Source of the DNA: Oscillospiraceae bacterium
GTDB taxonomy: Bacteria; Bacillota; Clostridia; Oscillospirales; Oscillospiraceae
DNA: 64,000 nt
Assembly: GCA_017479425.1 (NCBI GenBank)
Contig: JAFVCD010000036.1
Coordinates: 12,130 to 76,129 of the forward strand
Reading direction: 5' to 3'
Below, piece after piece: positions 40,114 to 49,436 of the stretch. The notes beneath the pieces are model-generated. The model made no database searches and was not told the DNA's origin. It worked only from the letters and a program-made list of their open reading frames with translations. The translations under genes were made by a program, and so were the position numbers. The stretch's first letter is position 1. Each line of letters opens with the position of its first letter.

Positions 40114-40161
40114 AGTTTTAAAAATGGGCGTGAGGCAAATGCCGCACGCCCGATTCCTTTT

Positions 40162-41109
40162 TTATTTTCCGAAACGCTGAGCCTTGTACTTCTCGATCTC
40201 GCTGGGAGAGCCGAATACCATATGGCCGTTTCCGATATCCACAAGGCTGGGCTGCTCCTTAGAGTAGTCGTGCATCTTCTCGGGCTCGTATACAAAGAGC
40301 TTTTTCTCCTTCTCGATGATGGGATCGGGAATAGGTATCGCGGAGATGAGCGACTTTGTATATGGGTGCAGCGGATAGCTGAAAAGCTCCTCCGTCTCGG
40401 CGATCTCCATAATTCTGCCCTTGTAGATAACTACGATTCTGTCGGAGATGAATCTGACGATCGAGAGATCGTGGGCGATGAAGAGATATGTGAGCCCGCG
40501 CTCCACCTGGAACTTCTTGAGGAGGTTCAGAACCTGCGCGCGGATTGAAACGTCAAGAGCGGAGATGGGCTCATCAGCGACGATGAACTCCGGCTCCATG
40601 ACAATGCTTCTCGCAATTCCGACGCGCTGGCGCTGACCGCCGGAGAACTCGTGCGGATAGCGGGTAAGGTGCTCCGGAAGGAGTCCGACCTCGCGGATGA
40701 CGTTCTCAACCTTGGCTATTCTGTCCTTCTCATCCTTGAAAAGGTGGAAGTTGTAGAGGCCCTCGGAGATGATATATTCGATGGTCGCGCGCTCGTTAAG
40801 CGAGGCGGCGGGATCCTGGAATATCATCTGGATCTTGCGGATGACCTCACGGTCGTCCTTGCGGCTGAGCTTGCCGGAGATCTTCTTGCCGTCGTAATAG
40901 ATAGCGCCTGCGGAGCAGGGATTTATGCGGACTATGGCTCTGCCGATGGTGGTCTTGCCGGAGCCGGACTCGCCGACGAGAGAGAGCGTTTCGCCCTTGT
41001 AAATGTCGAACGACACGTTGTCAACAGCCTTGAATGCCTTTTTGCCGCGTCCGAAGACTACGTCGAGATTCTGAATGGAAAGCAGAACCTGTTTTTCGTT
41101 ATTATCCAT
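40162..41109 (-). CDS. Opp/Dpp-type ABC ATP-binding protein (F-type), system 2 (canonical length)
   Basis: [35 protein letters not shown]. Confidence 0.92.
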   Translation of the reverse strand: MDNNEKQVLLSIQNLDVVFGRGKKAFKAVDNVSFDIYKGETLSLVGESGSGKTTIGRAIVRINPCSAGAIYYDGKKISGKLSRKDDREVIRKIQMIFQDPAASLNERATIEYIISEGLYNFHLFKDEKDRIAKVENVIREVGLLPEHLTRYPHEFSGGQRQRVGIARSIVMEPEFIVADEPISALDVSIRAQVLNLLKKFQVERGLTYLFIAHDLSIVRFISDRIVVIYKGRIMEIAETEELFSYPLHPYTKSLISAIPIPDPIIEKEKKLFVYEPEKMHDYSKEQPSLVDIGNGHMVFGSPSEIEKYKAQRFGK

Positions 41110-41120
41110 GTTCCGCCTCC

Positions 41121-42917
41121 TTAATCATCAAAATTGACGTGTGTTTTCTGCATCTTCTCGTGGAGATTCTGGATATTCTCCGGAATATCCTGCTTCGGCG
41201 CTCTCGGATCGAGCAGCCAGGTCTTTGCGTAATGGGTGTCGCTGACCTTGAACATCGGCGGCTCCTCGACCATGTCGATCGCCATGGCGTACTTCGATCT
41301 CGGGGCAAACGCGTCGCCGACGATCTTATTATAGAGGGACGGCGGCGTTCCGGGAATTGAGAAAAGATCGGTACCCTTTTCGCTGAGCTGCGGAAGGGAG
41401 CTCAGAAGAGCCCAGGTGTACGGGTGGCGCGGATCATAGAAGATATCCTCAACGGTGCCGAGCTCCACGATCTGACCGCCGTAGAGCACCGCAACGCGCT
41501 CTGCGACGTTTGCAACAACGCCGAGATCGTGGGTGATGTAGACGGTGGTGAAGCCGAGCTCGTGCTGGAGATCCTTGATAAGGCGGATTATCTGCGCCTG
41601 AATTGTGACGTCGAGAGCGGTGGTCGGCTCATCGCAGATGAGTATCTTCGGCTGGCAGGAGAGCGCGATCGCGATAACGATTCTCTGGCGCATACCGCCG
41701 GAATACTCAAAGGGATAGTCGTTGAAGCGCTTCTCCGGGTCAGGGATTCCGACCTTGCCCATGATATCTATGGTGCGCTCGTAGGCCTCCGCCTTGGAGC
41801 ACTTCTGGTGCTTCAGAATAACGGTCTGTATCTGCTTTCCGATGGTGATGACCGGGTTCAGCGAGGTCATCGGGTCCTGAAAAACGGTGGCGATACGACA
41901 GCCGCGAATCTGCTGCCAGTCCTTTGTGAACTTAACCTTGGCGCAGTCTATAATGGCGTAGCCGTGGACGTTCTTCGTCTCCTCATTGTAGTCGCGGAAG
42001 GCTACGCGGAAGGTGGTGCAGTCAAAAATATTGTTCTTTACAGCGGAGGAATCGAGATTCTCACCGATCTCCATAGCTGTTTTGAAAGCCTTTTTGAGCT
42101 TCATCAGGTGTTTGATCTGACTGTAAAACGGATAGCGTCCGATGGAGAGGACTATTTCGTAAGCGATGAGCTTGTTGCGCTCGAGAATCTTGTCGGAAAG
42201 TCCGTTGGGATTACCCGCCTTGTCCTCCTTGGCGATCTTCTTCGCTCTGAGCTCCTCGAGCTCGTGAAGTTCCTTCTGATCCTTCGCCTGCCTTGCCGAG
42301 TCAGCCTTGTACTCGGCGGCACGCTTCTTTATAAGCTCCGCCTTTTCCTTCTCAAGGTTTGCCTTCTCAACGCCGAGGTTCTTGATTTTATCGCTGGTTT
42401 TCTGATACTCGGCGGCGTCCGCCTTCTTATTGAGAGTCCAGAGATAGTTGTTGGAGTCGACGATATCGTCCGCAAGCTCCTTGATTCTCGTGTTGTAGTC
42501 GGCTTCCTCGTCCGGGGTCATGCTCTGTGCGTACTTGATGGCGTTCTTCTTATCGACAATGGCGAGGTACTCCTTTGCGCCGCGTTCAAGGGGCGAAAGA
42601 GAGTTGAGCATATTGATAGAGTAGTTGAAAACGTGCTCGTTTTTGCCCTCGATCTTGACATTCGTCTCGGAAAGAGAGTCGTCGGAGAAGATAATGCTGC
42701 CCTGCGGGATAAAGCCGTTCGTTTCGAGCATACCGGCGAAGGTCTTTGTAAGAACTGACTTGCCGGAGCCGGACTCGCCGACGATGGCGAGGGATTCGTT
42801 TTCGTAGATGTCAAGGCTTACGTTGCGGATAGCGGTGAGTATTCTGCCGCGGACGTTGAACTTGACTACGACGTCCTTAAGGGAGAGGAGGACCTTTTTT
42901 TCATTCTGTTCTGACAT
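41121..42917 (-). CDS. Opp/Dpp-type ABC ATP-binding protein (D-type), system 2, with a ~250-aa Lys/Glu-rich insertion
   Basis: GESGSGKS at about residue 48. The Q-loop TVFQDP appears only at about residue 345. [19 protein letters not shown] and ITHD follow. Confidence 0.9.
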   Translation of the reverse strand: MSEQNEKKVLLSLKDVVVKFNVRGRILTAIRNVSLDIYENESLAIVGESGSGKSVLTKTFAGMLETNGFIPQGSIIFSDDSLSETNVKIEGKNEHVFNYSINMLNSLSPLERGAKEYLAIVDKKNAIKYAQSMTPDEEADYNTRIKELADDIVDSNNYLWTLNKKADAAEYQKTSDKIKNLGVEKANLEKEKAELIKKRAAEYKADSARQAKDQKELHELEELRAKKIAKEDKAGNPNGLSDKILERNKLIAYEIVLSIGRYPFYSQIKHLMKLKKAFKTAMEIGENLDSSAVKNNIFDCTTFRVAFRDYNEETKNVHGYAIIDCAKVKFTKDWQQIRGCRIATVFQDPMTSLNPVITIGKQIQTVILKHQKCSKAEAYERTIDIMGKVGIPDPEKRFNDYPFEYSGGMRQRIVIAIALSCQPKILICDEPTTALDVTIQAQIIRLIKDLQHELGFTTVYITHDLGVVANVAERVAVLYGGQIVELGTVEDIFYDPRHPYTWALLSSLPQLSEKGTDLFSIPGTPPSLYNKIVGDAFAPRSKYAMAIDMVEEPPMFKVSDTHYAKTWLLDPRAPKQDIPENIQNLHEKMQKTHVNFDD

Positions 42918-42929
42918 AGTCTCTCCTCC

Positions 42930-43886
42930 TTACATATGGGTGCGCGGGTCAGAGGCGTCAGCCAGGTTCTGACCGAGAACGTAGAGAATGATGGTGATAG
43001 CCGAAGCGATTGCGACCGGAGGCCAGAACTCCCACGGATAGGAGAGGAACGCGGTCTGCGCCTGGCTGATCATTCGGCCGAGGCTCGGGACCTCAGCGGA
43101 AAGACCTACTCCGATGAAGGAGAGGAAAACTTCCATAGAGATGTAGCTCGGAAGCTCGGTTGCGAGCAGCGTAACGATAACGCTCGTGAGGAACGGCAGG
43201 ATGTTCTTGTTGATAACGCGGAGAACAGGCGTTCCGAGGCAGCGGGAAGCGAGAGAATACTCTCTGTCGCGGATGATCATGACCTGCGTGCGGAAGAAGT
43301 ACGCAATTCCGAGCCAGCCGGTGATCGTCAGCGCGCATACGAAGCTCCAGAAGCCGGAGCCGATGACGTAGACGAGAACGGAAACGAGAAGCAGGTACGG
43401 AACGTTCGCAACGATATTGTAGACGACGAGCATGACCTGGTCAACTCTCTTGGAGTAGCCCCAGATTGCGCCGACGATGATGCCGACCACCATATTGATG
43501 GCGGCGCAGATGATTGCAAGCAGAAGGCTCGTTCTCGCAGAGGAGACGATACCGTACATAATGGAGTTGCCGTACGGGCCGGTGCCGAGCACCCACTTGA
43601 TATCTCCTCCGAAGCGCTCCATCGCCTGCGCGGGGTTAAGGTTGAAGGTAGTCGGGTCGGTGACGTTCTCCATATAGTCATAGTACCAGAAGTTCGGCAG
43701 TATGAAAGCGGAGAGCAGGATGAACGCCATTGCAAATATCAGGAAAATATTGATCCTTTTGCGGAAGAACACGCGGAAAACGCTCTTCCAGTAGCTGTAA
43801 CGCGGCGCCGTGATCTTCTCAGAGGATATCGTATCGCTGTCTATAAAGTGGAACAGCTCATCCTGATTGATTTTCTTCTTCGGCAT
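42930..43886 (-). CDS. Opp/Dpp-type ABC permease (C-type), system 2
   Basis: OppC-like, 318 aa, with ASRCLGTPVLRVINKNILP EAA motif. Confidence 0.9.
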   Translation of the reverse strand: MPKKKINQDELFHFIDSDTISSEKITAPRYSYWKSVFRVFFRKRINIFLIFAMAFILLSAFILPNFWYYDYMENVTDPTTFNLNPAQAMERFGGDIKWVLGTGPYGNSIMYGIVSSARTSLLLAIICAAINMVVGIIVGAIWGYSKRVDQVMLVVYNIVANVPYLLLVSVLVYVIGSGFWSFVCALTITGWLGIAYFFRTQVMIIRDREYSLASRCLGTPVLRVINKNILPFLTSVIVTLLATELPSYISMEVFLSFIGVGLSAEVPSLGRMISQAQTAFLSYPWEFWPPVAIASAITIILYVLGQNLADASDPRTHM

Positions 43887-45469
43887 CAGCGTCCACCTCC
43901 TTTATCCTCGTTAAGGCTGATTCGCGGATCGTAGGCGGCGAGCAGGAGGTCGCCGAGTATGAGTGAGATTATGGAAAGTGCGGTATAGAACACCGTGCAG
44001 GCGACGATAACGCCGTTGTCGTGGCGGTTGAGAGCGGTGGTCAAAAGGTTACCGATACCGGGAACGGAATAGACGCGCTCTGTGATGATGGCGCCGGTGA
44101 GGCATCCGAGGATGGTGGCGGGGATACCGTGGACAAGGTAGATCATCGCGTTCTTGGAGATGTGAATATTGTAGATCTCTCTCTCTGAAAGACCCTCGGC
44201 GCGGGCGAACTTGACGTAGTCGGAGTTCATCTGGTCGATCATATAGCGGCGCATCCACTTCATGAGGTTTGCAACGTCGCGGGCGGAGAGCGAGAGTATC
44301 GGCAGCACGTAGGCGAGAACCTTTACCTCGGCGTTGGCGAACTTGTACGGGAGGTTGAATACGCTCGTTCCGATGGCGGCAAACATGAAGATGTACGCAA
44401 GGCTCGGAACCGCCATGATGAAGATTATGTAGGCGTTTCCGATCTTATCGCCGAGTCTGTCCTTGCGGCGCGCCATGAGCATACCGAGAGGCAGACCGAG
44501 AGCGTAAGCGATAACAACTGCGATAAGTCCGATGACGAAGGAGTTTTCAATCATGCTGAGACCGCCGCGGGTGTACTTATAGACTGTATAGCCGTCGGTG
44601 AAGAGGCTCTTCTCGAAGTCGGAGATGGTACCCTTATTATAAGTAACGGAGTGGAAGTCTATTGCTGTCTCCTCGTACTCATCCGAGCCGAGAAGCGCAG
44701 GATACTGCTGGCGCGAGGTGATAAGGTCGCCGGTCGGGTTATTAATAACTTCAGTTATCTCCTGACCGCGGTAGGTGGTGTAGGAGGTGCCGAGGTTGAT
44801 GTGCAGCCAGTTCTGATGGATGAACGGGAAGCGGTTATTGAAGTACAGAAGGTACTTATGCGTCGTTCCCGAGCCGACTATCGCAAACGGCCCGCCGTAT
44901 GGATCAGCCTCAAAGCGGATATAGCGCTCGGTGAGATTCGGATCCTGAACATCATTCGTCGTTTCAACGGTAATGAAGTGGACGATGTAATCCCAAAGAC
45001 GGAGAAGAACGTTCTTCTCCTGAATGGCGATAAGATATCCGTTTCCGCCGGGCTTGGTCTTGCCGCTCTTGAACTTGATCGGCTCAAGGTAGCGGATCTC
45101 GTAGCCCTTGTCCTTATACTCCTTGATAAACTTCTGTACAAGCTCGTTATCAAGGTAGGTGGTGGCGTACTGAACGGACTTTGAATCCTTTATGAAGTCG
45201 GGATCGGTGCCGTAGTTCGGGCCGAGCTTTTCGGCATAGATATTTCCGACGTAGGTCGTGAAGTCAACGTAGTTCAGATACTGATACTTTGAATACTGCG
45301 TGTACTCATAGATGATGCGGTCGTTGTTCGATTTCTTGTTCCACGTGTCATCAGTCTGGAAAATGACGCTGCGCTCGATAAGCGAGAAAACGAGCACCAT
45401 AACCACGGCGATAACGACGAGGAGGGAGAATATCGAGAACAGTATGCGCTTGAGCATGTATTTTCTCAT
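43886..45469 (-). CDS. Opp/Dpp-type ABC permease (B-type), system 2, with a large extracytoplasmic loop
   Basis: MRKYMLKRILFS N-terminus. About 270 aa between TM1 and TM2. ARAEGLSEREIYNIHISKN EAA motif. Confidence 0.88.
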   Translation of the reverse strand: MRKYMLKRILFSIFSLLVVIAVVMVLVFSLIERSVIFQTDDTWNKKSNNDRIIYEYTQYSKYQYLNYVDFTTYVGNIYAEKLGPNYGTDPDFIKDSKSVQYATTYLDNELVQKFIKEYKDKGYEIRYLEPIKFKSGKTKPGGNGYLIAIQEKNVLLRLWDYIVHFITVETTNDVQDPNLTERYIRFEADPYGGPFAIVGSGTTHKYLLYFNNRFPFIHQNWLHINLGTSYTTYRGQEITEVINNPTGDLITSRQQYPALLGSDEYEETAIDFHSVTYNKGTISDFEKSLFTDGYTVYKYTRGGLSMIENSFVIGLIAVVIAYALGLPLGMLMARRKDRLGDKIGNAYIIFIMAVPSLAYIFMFAAIGTSVFNLPYKFANAEVKVLAYVLPILSLSARDVANLMKWMRRYMIDQMNSDYVKFARAEGLSEREIYNIHISKNAMIYLVHGIPATILGCLTGAIITERVYSVPGIGNLLTTALNRHDNGVIVACTVFYTALSIISLILGDLLLAAYDPRISLNEDKGGGR

Positions 45470-45633
45470 TACTAATTTAAATGGCTAAAGTATCAAAAGC
45501 TTTAGCCACTTCCTCCTTCTTCTTAGGATGGGGGTGAGCGATGTGTGAAAAGTTAAGCTCCGTCTTCAAAAGAAAGCAGCTTCTTGAAGAAAAAGCTTAA
45601 CTTTCCACTCCGGAGATCGAATATGGGCAGATA

Positions 45634-45673
45634 TGAAAACAATACATAGCTGGACCGAGGCCCAGCTATGTAT
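45634..45673 (-). terminator. intra-operon hairpin (attenuator/terminator) after the SBP gene of system 2
   Basis: On the minus strand: atacatagctgg-gcctcggt-ccagctatgtat followed by tgttttc. Confidence 0.5.
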
Positions 45674-45704
45674 CATCTTAAACTGAAACCTTAAATACAG
45701 GAAA

Positions 45705-47927
45705 TTAGAAGAGGCCGATGACTTTGGTCATGTAACCTGCGCCCTCACCGAGGAAGGTGTCGAGGTAGGTGGAAGGATCACCGTAGTCAGGACCCCAGCC
45801 GGAGCCGTAGAACATATCGAAGTTGCCGGCCTCGCCGTTGGATGCACGGTAACCGGAAGCATAGAAGTCAGCGGAGGTGGTGGCCTCAACGAGGTTGACA
45901 ACTACGTTCTCAGCGCCGAGGGTCTCCTCAACCTTTGCCTTGTAAGCATTGGCCTGAGCGGTGTTCGCATCGGAAGCGGAGTAGTAAACAACGTCGATCT
46001 TGATCGGGAAGGTAACGGCGTCGCCGAGCTCAGCCTTGGCAGCCTCGAGGTACTCCTTGGCAGCGTCAGCATTGTACCAGCCGTCTACCTGATCCTTAAC
46101 AGTGATCTTGCATCCGAGATCGTCAACGAAGGCCTGAACGATATCGCCGTAGAAGGTACCGGCAGCGAAGGTGTGACCATCATAGGTGACATCCTCGGTG
46201 ATGGAAACGAACTCGGGGTGAGTGTACATGTTGCGGAGGTTGGTCTCAGCAAGGTCAGCACCGCGGCTTACGCCGTTGTAGGTCTTCTTATCAAAGGCGT
46301 GCTGAAGAGCCTTACGGAAGTTCTTGTTGGAGAGTGCAACTGCGGTGTCGATCTTCTCCTGCTCGGTCTTCGGGGAAGCAACAGCGCCGCCCTCGAGAGC
46401 GAAGGTGCCGCGGTTGAGGTTGAGACCGCCGAAGTAAGAGGTGGAAGTGGTCTCGGAGATGTAAGCGTACTTGTCATAGTTGCCGTCTTCCTTGGCAGCG
46501 TCGAGGGTGCCGGTGGAAGCGGAGAGGCCGGTGCCGGCATATACGCCGGAAACGACGTCAGCATAGGTCTGGAGGGGGTTCTCGCCGTTATCATAGACCC
46601 AACGGACAGACTCGAGGGTAACCTTGTCTGCGTTGTAGTAGTTGGGGTTCTTTACGATGACGATCTCGGAATCCTGCTGGAGCTTCTGAAGAAGGAAGGG
46701 TCCGCAGTAAACCTGGGAAGCAACGTCCTCGGACTTGCCGTAGGTGTAGGTGTTGGTGTCAGCGGAAGCAGCAGCGAAAGCGTCGATGCCGTAAACACCG
46801 CCGTGAGCCTGATAGAAGCTGTCGCAGATCGGAAGGAAGCAGCTGTAGGTGAGCATGGTGAGGAAGTAGCTGGTCGGAGCCTCAAGGGTGATCTCGAGGG
46901 TGTGATCATCAACTGCCTTGTAGCCAACAGCGTCGAAGGAGCCGCCGGCGAGGTACTCGGAAGCACCTGCAACAACGCCCTCAACGAGCCACTCAAGACC
47001 GGCCTGAGTGTCGAGCATGTGATGGAAGCCGGCAACGAAGTCGCCCGCGGTAACGTCAGCATACTCCTTGCCCTCGGTGGTGTACCACTTAGCGCCCTCG
47101 CGGATGTGGAAGGTGTAGGTGAGACCATCGTCGGAAACAGTCCAGCTGTCAGCAAGAGCGCCGTTCATGATGTTGAGGCCGTCGTACTGAACAAGGCCGT
47201 CAACGCAGTTAACGGTGATCTCGGTATCGGACTGGGAAGAGGTGTTAAGCCAGTCGATGGTGACAGGAGCAGTCTGGAAGGTGGTAGCGTAGGTGTTCTG
47301 GATGGTGTGGCCCTTGCCGGTAAGATAAGCGGCAGGATCATACTTGGAAGCATCCTGAGCAGCTACAGCCTCGTCCCACATAGCAAAGAGATCAGCTCTC
47401 TCAGCCGGGGTAAGGAACTCGTCGGAGATGACCATGCCGAAGAGACGATCATCATCGTTGCCCCACTGAACATAAGGAACGGTACGGGGAGCTACACGGC
47501 TGATTGTGTAAGCGCCGCCCTGAGTGGTGGTCGGGATCATAACAGCGGAGTCGAGGAGATAAGCCTCAGCCTTAGCGAAGATAACAAATCTCTCGCTGAT
47601 GCTGGAAGCAGCCTTTGCCTCGTCGAGGAGAGCAGCATATCCGCCGAGAGCCCAGTCATAGATCTCTTCGTCGTCGCCGCGCTCATAGGTGCCCTCACCG
47701 AAGGTGAGATAAGCAGGCTCTTCCTCTACGGGAGCCGGCTCGTCGCTGGTGGCGGGGGTATCATTGGTAGCAGGGGTGTTGTTTGCGGGGGTATCGTTCG
47801 TTGCGGGGGTGTCGTTGGTCGCCGGAGTGTTGTTTGCGGGGGTGTTGTTGTTGCCGCAAGCAGCGAGAGCGAGGACCATTACGAGTGCCAGCGCGAGAGC
47901 GATGACCTTGGTAAGTTTCTTACTCAT
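45705..47927 (-). CDS. family-5 (Opp/Dpp-type) extracellular solute-binding lipoprotein, system 2 (740 aa)
   Basis: Lipobox LAACGN after MSKKLTKVIALALALVMVL, then a repetitive TPA(T/N)N(D/T) linker and an SBP_bac_5-like body. Confidence 0.85.
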   Translation of the reverse strand: MSKKLTKVIALALALVMVLALAACGNNNTPANNTPATNDTPATNDTPANNTPATNDTPATSDEPAPVEEEPAYLTFGEGTYERGDDEEIYDWALGGYAALLDEAKAASSISERFVIFAKAEAYLLDSAVMIPTTTQGGAYTISRVAPRTVPYVQWGNDDDRLFGMVISDEFLTPAERADLFAMWDEAVAAQDASKYDPAAYLTGKGHTIQNTYATTFQTAPVTIDWLNTSSQSDTEITVNCVDGLVQYDGLNIMNGALADSWTVSDDGLTYTFHIREGAKWYTTEGKEYADVTAGDFVAGFHHMLDTQAGLEWLVEGVVAGASEYLAGGSFDAVGYKAVDDHTLEITLEAPTSYFLTMLTYSCFLPICDSFYQAHGGVYGIDAFAAASADTNTYTYGKSEDVASQVYCGPFLLQKLQQDSEIVIVKNPNYYNADKVTLESVRWVYDNGENPLQTYADVVSGVYAGTGLSASTGTLDAAKEDGNYDKYAYISETTSTSYFGGLNLNRGTFALEGGAVASPKTEQEKIDTAVALSNKNFRKALQHAFDKKTYNGVSRGADLAETNLRNMYTHPEFVSITEDVTYDGHTFAAGTFYGDIVQAFVDDLGCKITVKDQVDGWYNADAAKEYLEAAKAELGDAVTFPIKIDVVYYSASDANTAQANAYKAKVEETLGAENVVVNLVEATTSADFYASGYRASNGEAGNFDMFYGSGWGPDYGDPSTYLDTFLGEGAGYMTKVIGLF
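47742..47852 (-). repeat. coding tandem repeat (low-complexity linker NNTPANNTPATNDTPATNDTPANNTPATNDTPATSD)
   Basis: Reiterated 15-nt units of the type ggggtatcgtt/ggtgttgtt in the DNA, translating to TPA-rich pentapeptides directly after the lipobox. Confidence 0.8.
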
Positions 47928-48272
47928 GTTTCCATTTCCTCCAAAATAAAATTTCCATTAAACGCATAGAGCGAATAATTACTGAATAAGTAAGGCGGGC
48001 TTTGCCGGTTTTATCCGTTGCCTAAGAAAAGAAAATGCAATTTATTTTTTCCGCACTTTCAAATTATAGGTGAAAATATACCCTTCCCTACGATAAACCG
48101 AATTTTAACATATCATTTTTGAAAATGCAAGCTTTTTTAAGTTACAATTAAGCTGTCTTTAAACTTTTGTCGCATATACACAAAAAATGTAGTATTGGCG
48201 AAAAATAATTTGTCATATTGCAAAATATGTGTTCATTTAAGCTCAATTACCGGCACATAATCGGCTTTTTTA

Positions 48273-48301
48273 TTGCTTTTTTATGTGGTGTATTATATAA
48301 T
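48273..48301 (+). promoter_or_regulatory. sigma-70-type promoter of the sugar ABC operon
   Basis: TTGCTT, 17-nt spacer, TATAAT, 35 nt upstream of ATG 48336. Confidence 0.55.
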
Positions 48302-48335
48302 ATTGTATATTTTTCACCGGAGGGTGGTAATCAGT

Positions 48336-49436
48336 ATGAAAGTAGCTCTCGACCATCTCACGAAAATTTATCCTTCCCGCACAAAGGGCGGCGCTCCCGT
48401 CCGCGCTGTGGACAATTTTACGTTTGAAATCCCCGACGGGAAGCTTATAGGTCTCCTCGGCCCATCGGGCTGCGGCAAATCGACGACTCTGAATCTCATC
48501 AGCGGTCTTGAAGCTCCGACGGAGGGAAAAATCTATTTTGGCGATGACGATGTCACCGATCTGCCGCCCGAAAAGCGCGGAGTCGGGCTCGTTTTCCAGA
48601 ATTACGCTCTCTACCCCCACCTCACTGTGCGTGAAAACATCCGCTTTCCGCTTGAAAACTTCCGCGGAAAGGACAAGCTGACGAACGAAGAGATGGATCG
48701 CCGCGCACTCGAGGCAGCGAAGCTCGTGCAGATCGAAAATCTTATGGAGCGCAAGCCGGCGCAGATGTCCGGCGGTCAGCAGCAGCGCGTTGCGATCGCC
48801 CGCGCGCTCGTCAAAATGCCGCGCGTTCTGCTGCTCGACGAGCCGCTCTCAAACCTCGACGCCCGTCTGAGGCTTCAGACCCGCGAGGAGCTGAGGCGCA
48901 TTCAGAACGAGACCGGCATCACGACAGTCTTCGTAACTCACGATCAGGAGGAGGCGATGAGCATCTCCGATATGATCGTAGTCATGGAAAAGGGCGTAGT
49001 CCGCCAGATCGGCGCGCCGCAGGAGGTCTATGACGATCCGAAGAACCTCTTTGTTGCGAAATTCCTCGGCACGCCGCCGATAAACGTGTTCCGAGGCAGC
49101 GTAAAGGCAGATAAGCTGATGATAGGCTCTGAGGCTGTGCTCGATATAAAGGGAGTGCCGGACGGAGATATAACCGTCGGCATACGCCCCGAGGGCTTCG
49201 TGCTGAACGAGAACGGCCGCTTTACCTGCGAGCTCAGCCGCGTCGAGGTCATGGGCCGCGATACCTCGGTCGTTTCGACCCACAAATGCATGGACGGCGT
49301 TTCCGTGCGCTCGATAATCCCCTCTGAGGATAAGGTGAAGCCCGGAAAGACAGTGCGCTTTGACCTCAAGCCCTCAAAGGTGCATCTTTTCGACTCTAAG
49401 ACCGGCGAGCGCGTTTACTACGAGGTGAAAAAATGA
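48336..49436 (+). CDS. CUT1-type sugar ABC transporter ATP-binding protein (MsmK/UgpC/MalK-like)
   Basis: GPSGCGKST, LVFQNYALYPH, MSGGQQQRVAIARAL, LLLDEPLSNLD, and a TOBE-like C-terminus. GGAGGG lies upstream. Confidence 0.92.
   Translation: MKVALDHLTKIYPSRTKGGAPVRAVDNFTFEIPDGKLIGLLGPSGCGKSTTLNLISGLEAPTEGKIYFGDDDVTDLPPEKRGVGLVFQNYALYPHLTVRENIRFPLENFRGKDKLTNEEMDRRALEAAKLVQIENLMERKPAQMSGGQQQRVAIARALVKMPRVLLLDEPLSNLDARLRLQTREELRRIQNETGITTVFVTHDQEEAMSISDMIVVMEKGVVRQIGAPQEVYDDPKNLFVAKFLGTPPINVFRGSVKADKLMIGSEAVLDIKGVPDGDITVGIRPEGFVLNENGRFTCELSRVEVMGRDTSVVSTHKCMDGVSVRSIIPSEDKVKPGKTVRFDLKPSKVHLFDSKTGERVYYEVKK

Noticed and set aside
47742-47852. Short tandem DNA repeats that could be mistaken for a CRISPR or VNTR locus.
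   Set aside because: - They lie in frame inside the SBP gene and encode the TPA(T/N)N(D/T) linker after the lipobox.
- There are no spacers of unique sequence.
- No CRISPR-like array exists anywhere in the window.
46173-47969. 598-aa antisense ORF opposite the system-2 SBP gene. Similar long antisense ORFs occur at 37583-38854, 12266-13708, 14241-15773, 35115-36152, 42936-43934, 41424-42758, 52822-54222, 58738-60090 and 56122-56997.
   Set aside because: - All lie fully inside well-supported genes on the other strand.
- All have repetitive G/A/V/D/R-rich translations and lack start-site signals.
- I treat them as GC-bias artefacts.
48025-48135. Two direct copies of GAAAATGCAA about 90 bp apart in the divergent promoter region between the Opp-like and sugar ABC operons.
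   Set aside because: A 10-mer repeated in a 400-bp AT-rich region could be chance. There is no dyad symmetry and no known regulator motif that I can assign.
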